Of a stretch of 64,000 bases of DNA, positions 1-11,800 are shown in pieces. How positions within the stretch are numbered: position 1 is the stretch's first letter; each line of letters opens with the position of its first letter. The stretch lies in the NCBI GenBank assembly GCA_002633005.1, contig NMRA01000373.1, forward strand, positions 124,001 through 188,000. The letters are read 5' to 3'. Made by a program: the position numbers and the translations under genes. Source of the DNA: Phoronis australis. Its lineage: Eukaryota; Animalia; Phoronida. The notes beneath the pieces are model-generated. The model saw only the letters and a list, made by a program, of their open reading frames with translations. It did no database searches and had not been told where the DNA came from.

Positions 1-415
1 TATACAGCTTTGTAGCAAGGCTAGCTTGCTGGCTACAGTTAAGAGCTGCAGTGCGCACTTGACGTTTCCTGTTACTGTTATGGCCCGGTGATGTTTCACG
101 GACTCAGACTTGCTATTTACTGCGTATATTTCATTCTTCACTACCACGAGCCACTTCCTAAGCATTTCGGACTCTCGAGGAAGTAAAAAAAACGATATAC
201 CCGCTTTCTTCGCAGCTGCTTAGTTCGGATAAGTGGGAACGATGCACCGCAACATAGCGGCATTCTCTCTGCATATGAACCACTGACGTCGCTAGCGTCG
301 TTTCTCACCTTCCTCACAGGTTAACGCGACACCTCTTGGCAAGGTAAGATCGACCGTGTGCGAGGCGATGTGGATATAGACCGATAAAGACAGCAAAATC
401 GGGTGGCATTCTCCT
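1..415 (-). mobile_element. Kolobok-like THAP DNA transposon remnant, family A (one end; extends beyond the window start)
   Basis: End reads TTAA|AGGAGAATGCCACCC on the minus strand; decayed THAP frame RCIVPT.PN*...GISFFLLPRESEMLRKWL; similar to 35651-36223. Confidence 0.75.
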
Positions 416-1121
416 TTAAGTCAGGACTAGTTCCCGTCACTGCAGACGGAGAGCCAGCTGAGTTTTCCCCTAGTGGACTTGCTTACCACCGTTTGCTCCC
501 AGAATTGACTGCTTGTGGAAAACATCGAGCTCAATTTAGAATCAGATGGAGACCAAAAACAAATAAAACATGTACCCACCCTCAATTGTAGAGTTTGACT
601 TTGGTGTGTCAGAGGAAATGTCCCAAAGAATTGTTCGAGCAACAGAATGTACTGATTCAGCTTGGTTCAGATGAGTTGTTATGCAGGTCACAAGTGTTCC
701 AAAAATTTTAGAAATGAAGTTGGTACATACTTTTTGGCTTTGATAGGACAACAATTTGAAGGGTCACAACAATACTGTTTGAACATGACGTAGCCACAAC
801 GCGCGTTCATTATAAAGCCTCCTCCAATCGTTTTGACAATCCTGTCATCTATGAAACAGCACGCGTGCGAAGTTCGCCGGGTACGACCCGAAGATTACAT
901 GAAGCGCGTTGAACGAGAAACAAATTCGAAATGATTACTAACTTCGTTATAATTGTAGTTAGCAATTGTACCAGTAGCTGCAACGATATTTTGCTGTTGT
1001 CCACCTGTCTTTAACGTATAAGCGGGGGCTGGACCTTTTCTGCGTTGGATCGAACCCCAACGGGCCTGCATTTCTTCAAATTTAGGTTAATAAAGTTAAA
1101 TATAGTCTCGTTCTTAATGCC

Positions 1122-1449
1122 CGTGACTACTGTTAAGTCCGTTGAATTAAATGTAACCAAACTTACACAGTACAAGAGAACGTTTGTGTACAAATGTATT
1201 TATCTGATAACGGTTCTTTATCCTGAATTGAGAACAACAACTCCGAGGCACAGTTTTCAAGTATTTTTTCATGACGATTCTTGGAAAGAATGCAATCTGT
1301 AACGCGACTGTTGTGATGTCGGTTGAATTAAATGTAACCAACCTTGCATGTATAATCTGATAACGATTCTTTACCTTGCATTGAGAACGACAATTTCGAG
1401 GTATTGTTTTCCAAACATGTTTTCGTGACGATTCTTGGAAAGAACGCAA
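1122..1449. repeat. Diverged tandem duplication (about 180-bp period)
   Basis: gttgaattaaatgtaaccaa...tgacgattcttggaaagaa occurs twice. Confidence 0.8.
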
Positions 1450-1869
1450 ACGGAACCCTTCGGCAATCAATAACAGCAGCGTAGAATATGCATTTGAAAA
1501 CTGCACTCGTCGCCGGGATATTGTCACTCAACAGGAGATGTTTGTATGCAATTATAGATAACTTTTATTCGCCCTTAATATGCACATCTGATCAACATCA
1601 AAGAAACTTCCCTGAATAACGGACATCGTATTAAGTTTTATTCGACTATTCCCATACAACGTGCCTACATTTTGAGAACCAGTTTTGTCTAATGAATAAA
1701 GGGCATTAAAATCCCCGTTATTCAATGAATAAAATTGGTTTTCAAAATGTGGGCACATTATATCTGACTATTCACCAAGCAGATGCATTGTTTTTTAACG
1801 TTTTAGTGTTGTAGATGCCTGATTTAAATGACTCGGTGCTGTAATACACATGGCTTATTACGCTCTTAA

Positions 1870-3197
1870 AGGCGAAGGCAACCTGTTTCATGTTATTTTT
1901 AGCAAAAATAAGTTTCCTTTATTATCCCAGACATATTTTTCACTTATTTATTGCTTTTCTTAATTTAATTAATTACTCCGGAAATGACGTTTTGGGAGGC
2001 AAGAATTTCGCGCCAATTTCTTTTCATATAGTCTGACTGTGAGAGTAGTCGATTCAGTCATTGTTTTACCTCGGTTGTGATAAGTTCGGTCGTCGTTTGC
2101 TTTTGCTTACAAGTCAATCAACATGCCACGCTGTTGCTGCGTACTTGGTTGTACTCATTATCGTCTCACGTACAGGGGAAGAACTGTCCCACTTGCCCGA
2201 GTGTCCCGCGACACACTCCCACTGGAGTGTGATCTGAGCACCCAAACTGCTTACATCCCGCCGTGTGACTCCCTCGTCACACACCTGGCACCTTCCACAT
2301 AGCTCCAATACAAGTCCACAATAAACTTATCAAACTTAGGCTCACCGATCTGTTCATTGGATGACGAACTGTCCTCTTCACTTAGTGTCGAACTGTGCCT
2401 GTATTCACTCCCACTACTCAACATCGCTGCAGGGCTGCTTGCAGGCTCTGCCAGGGCTAGACTGGACAACAACACAGGGCGAATCACTGCTGGTTCCCGG
2501 AATTGCACGCAATGGGGGTACGTTCGGAGGCACGGGTGACAGTAGATGAAGTGCCTTCAGTCATTGTATATAGTGGCCACAGCTCGCGAGGCTTCTCGCT
2601 TCAAAAACGCACTTATCGGGGTTGGCGACGGGGCACTGCCGGGAATCAACAGCGACGGTATGGTACCCTTCTTCAGGCGTTGTTTCGCAGGGACCTTCAT
2701 CAATTCAGCGTACATATCTCTGTCATAATCTGACTGCAGAAAATGCTTGCCACACACTCGGTAACCCTCCACTGCTTTGTACGTTGCCTGGACGGATAGC
2801 GCTGCGTTCTTCACATGGACGAGCTAGCTAAGTACGGCGAAATGTGTCATCCTTCGGAATGCGACGCAAGGTATCCAAAGCGCGTGTGAGACGATAATGA
2901 GTACATCCCGGCACGCAGCAACAGCGTGGCATGTTGACTGACTTGTAAACAAAAGCAAACGACGACCGAACTTATCACAACCGAGGTGGAACAATGACTG
3001 ACTCGACAGCTCTCACAGTCAGACTATAATGAGTAGAAATTGGCGCGAAACTCTTGCTTCCCAAAGCGTCACTTCCGGAGTAGAGGACGAGAAATTAATC
3101 AAATTACGAAAACCTGTATTTAGTGAAAAATGTGTCTGGGATAATCAACGAACCTTACTTTTGCTTAAAGTGACATGAAAAAAGGTTGCCTTCGCCT
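1870..3197 (-). mobile_element. Non-autonomous Kolobok-like element, family B, with about 300-bp inverted ends and TTAA target duplication
   Basis: TTAA at 1866-1869 and 3198-3201; termini AGG...CCT; inverted repeats 1870-2169 and 2886-3197; internal THAP remnant. Confidence 0.85.
2170..2932 (-). pseudogene. Decayed THAP-domain transposase fragment
   Basis: MPRCCCVPGC...RIPKD..FRRT* (TAG at the conserved Trp), frameshift, RVCGKHF...LKKGTIPS; later KFIVD, C..C and C..GH...W.SSSP zinc-finger-like motif. Confidence 0.8.
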
Positions 3198-4029
3198 TTA
3201 ACTACTGCAGTAATATAGAAGTACAGGAACTAGTGCATCGGTGTTGTGTTGTGATAGCTGTAACCAAAGTCACTTTCATAAAGTGTGCTGTCCTGTCTAT
3301 CATTGCACATGCAACGCACTGGTGTACGTATAAGCAATAAGAGGACACGTGAATCGAGTATACTTTATTGAAACGCTTAATTTGAACAACATCTTGGATG
3401 CATGTGATCATTTGTATAATGAAGTGAGAAGCGATTTAATACAGCAGCACAAGTTTTTCAATTCTCGTTTGCCATTAGATGAGCTGCCAACTGCATTTGA
3501 AGTAATCAATGTTATTTCTAGAATGCAAGCATTGTCTAAAGTAACTGGACCCTTGCAGCATGATTTTCCTGAGAATGTCAGAGTGTGCCAGAGTTGAAAA
3601 CTGCATTACGATGTCTTAACAACGATGCCAAGGTATTGCTGACAGGTGGTTATTGCATTGCGTTGTTTAGAGACTGCAATGGTTGTAAAGCATGTTTGAT
3701 TCTCACTCTAGGGATTGCAATGACTTGGTATCATCAAACTGCACTGCCATAGTATTGGCATTTAATAACTTGGGCAGTTTGACATGCAGAACACTTGCAC
3801 TATGCAACGGTTTAAATCTTCGATCCTCAACCCAGTATGAGCTAACTTGTGGTCTTGCTGTTTGATGTGAAATTTTGGAGGATTTATTATCTCAGAACAG
3901 TGTCCCTCAGAGAACATTTTGATTATTCACCAATATTTTCTTATAAGTTAGTTCATTATTTTATGATAAAATTCTGATTGTGTATTCTGTGACTCTTTTA
4001 ACACAATCACACAAAAGCGAGGCTTTTAT

Positions 4030-4140
4030 CTGTCCCCATTTCATTTACAACTGTCTGGGGGCACATTCCGTTGACACAAGAGGCTGTCCCCATTTGACAA
4101 TTGCTACTGTCTGACGGACATTCCGTTGACACAAAATGCT
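4030..4140. repeat. About 55-bp tandem duplication
   Basis: gtccccattt...actgtctg...acattccgttgacacaa occurs twice. Confidence 0.7.
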
Positions 4141-4408
4141 CGTGTTGAGAAAATTTTGCTCATGGAAGAGAAATTGTATCCCATAATTCAACATTCGAAC
4201 CTCACCGACCAATCACTTGCATGGCTACCACTTTGCATTATGTGAACTGAAAAATGTTCCGAGATTCCTTCCGAAACACTTGCTTTCCACTCACGTGATT
4301 TTGTTTTGTCTTGTATGACTGTCAAAATTGCGAAAAACTTGCTCTAGGCAACGCATCCCTGGTGTTGGCAAATAAAACTAAAATCAATGGATGCATCACA
4401 ACATGTAC

Positions 4409-4414
4409 TTTATT
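4409..4414 (-). promoter_or_regulatory. Candidate polyadenylation signal AATAAA for the PKD1-like gene
   Basis: AATAAA on the minus strand about 1.2 kb after the stop, followed by GT/T-rich sequence. An alternative AATAAA lies at 5118-5123. Confidence 0.35.
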
Positions 4415-5641
4415 AAACACCTGTAGGAATAACATGAAAACAATGCACAACAAATTGGTACAAGTGGAAAATTTTACAAAAATACATATCACAGTTGAAA
4501 GAAAAATTTTTTTCTAAAAACTATAAACATGAATTAGGAATTACTGAGCAGGATCAACCATTGTCATTAATAAATTCTGTCAATTTTTCATAGTTGTTAC
4601 TGATAAAACAGAACAAACTAAGGGTATAGCAGCTTTACTTGCCGTCACAATTAACCACTTCCTTGATTATTGTAATTTTGACCAGAAAATGTAAGTGAAT
4701 TTTTAAGCAAGGTAGGAATGTTCTCCAGGTCTTGAACATCAACTTGAAATTTTCTGTCAAATCCCAATTGAATCTGAACCAAAGCGTCAGATATCAATAC
4801 CCTCACACAACAGCGAGCCAGTAAATCTTGCAATACCAGAGTGAAAAATGTTCAACATTCACGACTAAACTAGAACCATGCACAGTTGTGCTTTCCAAGA
4901 AACAAAACAATTATTAAAATTATTAAACCATTAACTTTTTGCTAGAAAACCGAACAAATCGAAAATTTGTTTGAAATATGCACTCCCAACATTTTAAATT
5001 TTTGGCAGCTGAGAAGCACATGGAAAGTTAAATTGTGGCACAATAGGTGTATCTTTGACTAGATAGAAATGACCATTAGCATTGCAATAAGTATCCATCC
5101 TGTTTGTTAAACCTTCGTTTATTCCAGTTTCCTCATGAATGTTTAAGTGATTAAAAGCCACCTGACCTAAAATAAAAAAACGTGGCACTGAGAATGTGGT
5201 ATTCTGAGGAGAATAAGTAATTTCCTGTACTCAAGAGTGTTTCATTTTCTACAACACAACTACTATTGTGTACAGTGCAGTTAACAAATATTTTGAAAAA
5301 TGGGCAAAGAGGCGACACCCGGATGTCTAGTGGATGGCAAAGAGCGACCAGCTGCCCTCCAAAATTGAATAATTGCCGTCTAGACACCCACGCATTCCGC
5401 ATTCGACAGTGTGAACTGTATGTTAATAACTTAGTGAATATTAACTTCACGCCACGATACAAAAGTTGAAACCGAAATTGATACAATATCAAACAATGTA
5501 TGTTATACCACTTTCTTAAAGTTTGAGTTTCTGTAATTGAAAATCTATACAGACTATTGCAGTGGTGAAAATATACAGTCTAAACAAGCGACATGAAAAA
5601 ATCAAGCTGCTACTCCCTGCAAAAGCATAACTTTGAAATTT

Positions 5642-5844
5642 CTACAATCTAAGTGTTTTTTTCTTGAAGCCACTGCGCATATGAAGTGCTTGTTCCAACA
5701 TCAGGTCGTTTTTGGTCTGCTGACTACCACGAGAGGGCGCTGCGCCAGGTCTATTGAACACGAAGTAGTCCGTTAATTTGTCCAGCAGAGTGTCCACTTT
5801 GTCCTTGAACTCGTCACACTTCTGATACGTGTCCTGCTCTCCAG
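5642..5844 (-). CDS. PKD1-like terminal coding exon (short coiled-coil-like DEFKDKVDTLLDKL; TAG stop)
   Basis: ttttgcag acceptor, phase-compatible, ends ...KKTLRL*. Confidence 0.85.
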
Positions 5845-8800
5845 CTGCAAAATGCATGAAAGCACCACCTAGCGATCATTTCAATCTTTAATCGACAACA
5901 AATGTGACAGCTACTCAGGTGATAGGCAGTGTATGTGTGAGCCATTTACGAATTTTAGAATTGGTCAACCGCAATCAACTCACGTTTTTGTGAGTCCCTA
6001 ATGGCTTTGATGGTCTTGTTGGTAACAAAAACCGAATCCTCTCAAGGTAAGGTAAATCATGAAACCAATTTTATGAGCTGTGGTTTAATTCACTTTTTAT
6101 TTCTGGCAGCTTAACAATGGAGAACAAAATGCATACATACTGTCATGCCGGTTATGGCATGTAATGTTGTAATGAAAACACAATGATTGACTGACAAAGG
6201 CATACGATGTAAATTATTGAACTTCCGGCAAGGGGTACATCAAAAGATGGATCGGGCAGTAAACAGGAAGTAGCTATAAAATGTGGAGCGATATCATCAC
6301 ACATACAACAGGAAACTAAAATTTAGATTTAAAGTAAAGTTTCAAGTACTTACAATCATAGTAAACATGTTGCCTATCTTTGTGTAATGTCACCTTTTTC
6401 TGGCCACCAAATCCAATCATTTGCTTAAACCTGAAAATAGCAGGTATTGAACATATGTGTACCAAAGAATATTGTTTCCAGGGATGCATGGTCACTTGCA
6501 GGCCCAACATTTTGAGAACCATTTTTTTCTATTTAATAACAGGAAACCACTGGTTCACTAATAACATTTGATGAAATGGTGATAATTTGTGGCAAACCAG
6601 CAAGACTTTGACCAATTTTTGTGGTACTTGAGATACTGAAAACAACTGTACAGTGTTCTAGGAACGGGTTCACACGTGATACTAAAACTTACCTGCCAAA
6701 GATGAAATCCACTATCTCGTATTCATTGGACTGTTTCGACAGGTCATGCTTCACCGAGCTGAACGACTCATTGATCATACTCAGCATGAGATTGATGAGT
6801 ATGAAAGACATCAACACGGTGTAACCCACAAAGAACGCACGACCCAGCACGGGATAAGACAACAACATACCTTCCAGGTGGAACTTGTCTGTAATGAATG
6901 GTAGAACAACAATTTACACAGTTCTGTACAAGACGGAAGTAATCAGACAAAATACTGTTTTCCCGTCACTTTCCCTACTACATTCACTGCCCCTCCGCGC
7001 AGACTGTTACTACAACTCACTCATCAGCAACACTCCACCCCCCTTTTCCCCCACTTTCACTGCACCTCCCCCGGGCTGCTACTACAACTCACTCATCAGC
7101 AACACTCCGCTCCCCCTTTTCCCCAAATTCACTGCACCTCCCCCGGGTTGCTACTACAACTCACTCATCAGCAACACTCCACTCCCCTTTTCCCCCACAT
7201 TCACTGCACCTCCCCCGGGCTGTTACCACAACTCAATCATCAAGCAGCACTCTCTATCTTTCTCCACTACATTCACTGTCCTTCTCCCATGGCTGTTACT
7301 ACAACTGACTTACTCATCTCAGCAACAACGCCCTCTTTCCCCACAACATTCACTACCCCTCCCCCAGATTGTTATTGCAACTCACTCAGTAACATCACCA
7401 ACAGTGTCTCGACGGCTGTAATGAAAGAGTGGAACTCAAACAGGAGACTGCTGAAGCATAGGTAAGCCAGCTGGGCGTAAGCGAGCAAGAAGATGCTGAA
7501 GACTATCATGTAGTTGGAGATGGGTCCCAGAGCCGTGCGTAGTGTCAGACTGAGCATGGACATCTTCTTGTTGAAGCGCAGAAGCTTGAGCAGTTTGACG
7601 GTCGTCACGAAGATGATAAATGCAAGGAAATAGTTGTAGAGCTGGAACAGGCAGATGTTATTTGGAAAGGTGTTGGACAACAGAGAGATTATGGGCGACT
7701 AAAAATTTGCTAGGTGACGACAGTTAAAACTGCTCCGTTTCTGGCGGACTAAAAACAAAATCGAAATGGGACTTTTACCCTAATAAAATCAGCCTCGTAC
7801 TATTCCTTACCACGACAGGATTCTATTTTCGTTACCTACTCGAGTCACAGGCAATGCGTAAATGTTCAACATTTTCGAATTCCCAACTCAAGGGTTGGCC
7901 AACCCCAAAAAACTTCGACAATTGAGAATTTGAAAATGGCCGTCACTCACTGGCCAGTTGAGACTTGAGTTGAACTTGGTATATGTAAATAGAATGTCCT
8001 GCATGGCAACAAGGAATAGTATGAGATTTTATGAGAGTCAAAGACCTAATTCAATAAACAGAGAGATAATGCAGCTTTAAACAAGGGTGCAAGTGATAGA
8101 AACGCATGAATTCAGATAGTCTCGTGATGGCCTGCAAACACACCCCTGCCGATGAATTACTTTTTGCTCTCAATCAGTTCCATTGTTGAAAACGGGGACC
8201 TTTTGCAACCGCCTAGTGAATTTCAAGTCGCCCATTACATAGTTTGTGCTGTAGAAATGCAAATAAAAAAAATATAGATTAAATCATTGCTATCCTCCTA
8301 AAGTCGAGGAAATTGAAAGTAGCCAAAGCATGGCCATAAACCAGTCACCGACAGTCACCTACTCTGAGTTATGCTGACTTAAGTATAATGTTCAGAAAGT
8401 GAAAATTACTAATGGTAAAGAACTAAACCATTAGAGACTAAGCCCATTTCACACCACAATTTTACATCATCAATAGTTTTGTGCAAGTCCCACTATCGTC
8501 AAGAGGACTCAGGTGTGGAGTAATTCCTGTACAATGGCTTCACAGCAAATAAAACACTGGCTAATTGTGAATTGATATATCATGGACTAACACTGGTGAT
8601 TTTCTGAACTGTTTAACTTCTGAAATTGAATTCCACGTACTGAAAAGTTAATAAAGTCGCATAATTTTTTACCCAACGATAAAAAATTGGCCAAAATGGA
8701 TGCATTAGGCTTCATTTCTTTGGCATCTGTCATGTATTTTTTTCCATGCCCATCTTGCAGTCCTATATAGTTCTTCAGCTTATGTCATAATAAATGACAT

Positions 8801-11800
8801 TATTCTCAATCCTCATCTTGTTGTACTCTGCAACATAGCTCGATAAACAGTTGAAACTGGGAGTAATATGATTTCAGTAGTCCTAGGTTATAGTAACTCT
8901 TTGAACAGTGGTAGAATAATCATGGCTTTACAGTCATGATGCCAGGCGAAAGAACATGGTAAGGCTTAACAATGGACAAAATTGATATCTGCATGTCTTG
9001 AATAAAGCCTCAATTTAGACACCGGTGTCATCTGGAGATAAAACGAAATGCAAGGTGTTTGAAATCAGTTATTCAGAGCCAGTTACTCTCAGTTATGCTG
9101 ACTTAGTAGTGTTCAAACAAAGAAATATGCTTTGATGACGACCTATAGTTGATTTAAGGTGATGTAGGACCTTATCGACAAGTCAGGTTATTTATCAAAT
9201 ATTTACAAAACTAAAGATTTTAACTGTCAGTAAAAGTACACATTCTGAAAGTTAATTTTTTACTTTATACCAATAAGCCATTACTGGGGTCATATGACTG
9301 TGTGTTTTAAGTAATATTTTTGCCTGATGCAACTTACTTTCTTGAGAGACTACTTATTACATGCAAAAGTGGAACAGTTTCAATTCTTATATCATTAGTA
9401 CAGTTTCATATGAATCAGATCAGCCATTGTCCAAGATATGATGTTACATAGACAAATTAGGACAATTTTCTAGGGTCTTTTAAACCAACTAAAATTAATT
9501 AAACTAGCTTTTTAATACTCCATGATTACCTCATCCCACAAAACAGCATACTGAAAGTTCCCAAAGGCTTCCTTGTTCTTACGGTACCTAGCTGATGTTC
9601 GCATAGCTGCCACGATTCTGACAATGAAGAGACTGAATGTGATCATGGTCAGACACACTTGAATCAATTCCACAATATTCCACGACTCCTGGAAAGAAGA
9701 TCAAGGACAATGAATTAAAAACTAGGTCACTGCCCCAGCTATGCAATGCAATACACGCAAACATAGTAAAACGAAATAATTTTGGCCATCGTGACAGTTA
9801 ATGACTCATCATGACATGTCTTTAAGTGTCTACTCCAAAGGTGAATTTCAATTGCACCCAGTGGTCATGACAGCGACTCCACCCACACTGAAGGGGGCTT
9901 GGATTAATTTCCTCTTTTTTGGTTTCAATTTCCTCTTTTTTGGTTTCAATTTCCTTAGTTGATTTCCACTTTCCTAGCTCTTCTTTTGTCTTTTTTATCA
10001 TTATTTGCACTTTATTCCTGCAAAAACGTTTATTTCAGTTATTAAGTTTCACAATGCAAAAAATATTTTTATCACAAAAGCCTGTTTATTTGTGGAACGA
10101 TACATCATCAGGATAATTTTCCTTTTTCTTGTCACTGGTAATTCCAAACCCTGCCTCAGTTATTATGATGAGCAATATGTCTGCCCTTATATATAGCACA
10201 GTGCCACTCCCTTTCTAAACTGAGTATTTACCCACAATGCAACACATGTGAAAAGCACTTGATGTCTGACTTTCTTCACATGCAAATGCATTAACCGTAG
10301 TCATTATCTCATTATCTCGTATCTCAACATAATTTGTCATTGTTATACAGAAAAAACTTTGTTGTTTCTCACCTTCCTCACAGGTTAACGCGACACCTCA
10401 AGGTGAGGTCGACCATATAAGAGGCGATGTGGATGGAGACCGATTAAGACGATAAAAAAGACTAATTAAATCGGCTGGCATTCTCCTTTCATCAGAACTC
10501 AGATTGCCCAAAAACAGCATATCAAGCAACACGCAGAGCTGTCTCAGCATGAAGTGTGATAATAGTGAAGAAGGAATTAAAATACGTCATCAGTCAACAG
10601 CATGGAAAGATCATAAAAATGCACCTTAAAATATTCTCTCTTCATATTCTTCATCTTCTTAATTTCCAGCACTGTGAAGTAGAGTATGGTTAACCCCGTG
10701 ATGATCTCGATGGCCATTACAAAGAACATATAGCTGCCTACGTAGCGATCAAGACGCATGACGTGGAAGTGCGGGTAAACTGTGGTACCTGAGAAATACC
10801 GGTACAAGTTAGAGCAAAACGGTCTGTTTATTACGTAATTGAACAGTAAACATAGCCAGTGTAAATCATAGCACAATTTGCTTTAAATTGCTATAATTCA
10901 ATATCTACTAATGCCATGACAGGGGGAAACCCAAGCCATATTCATTACAAATATTTCATAATGATATCCAATTTACTAACCGTTGTTCAACTGAACAAAC
11001 ATGACAGTCACAAATTCTTAGTGTTTTGGCCAACACAGGTTGCTAAATACGTAACGGTTTTAACAACAGACAGTCAAAAGCGACGAAAGAACAGCTACAG
11101 TACTCTTATACCATTGAGTTTGCAACCCACCACTTCAATTTGTTCCACACTCAGTCAACTTTCAATTATGACAAGTGCAGCCCTCCGACCAGCCACTGAA
11201 AGAAAAAAATTACCTCCTCCATTGGAGAATTCAACCAAAATCATGGAGACACCATGGAGATTCAGGTTTCCATTGTATATGACAAACTCTACAAACACAG
11301 CTCGCGTATGCAAATCCAGCCAGCTGGAGTTACGTAACCCTCTCAAAATGTCCATTGAAGCAGAGAGATCGGCCCCCAACTCAGCAACATATCCCCCACC
11401 TCCGTAGTATGCCAGTAGCCCGGGAAAGGGGTAGCCATCTAGGCGAGTGGCACTCTGAAACTGCCACCCAGTTGCCGTGGTGTTAGAAGACAAGCCTAAA
11501 GAAAAATATGACCAATGAATATAAAGTACATGATAGACATTACTTCAAACAGTTAAGCCAATTCCTCATGCTATCTTTGTATCAGGCCAATAGACAGAAA
11601 CAATTCAGATGCCCACGTCTAAGTGACATCTTGTTTGATCCCTAGGGAGCCTGACCAAAATGCTTAGATTAACATAACCAAGACATGACTCTTGCAACAC
11701 AATAACTGCAGATGCTACAATCTGTTATGTTTTCTTTAAGTATGAATGTTACGTTAGGGCTTGTTTGCACCGCTCATACAGACCCTATCAAGAACAAAGC

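Noticed and set aside
6885-7421. 178-aa Pro-rich plus-strand ORF
   Set aside because: It is a translation of the 72-bp minisatellite, antisense to an intron of the PKD1-like gene; there is no independent coding evidence.
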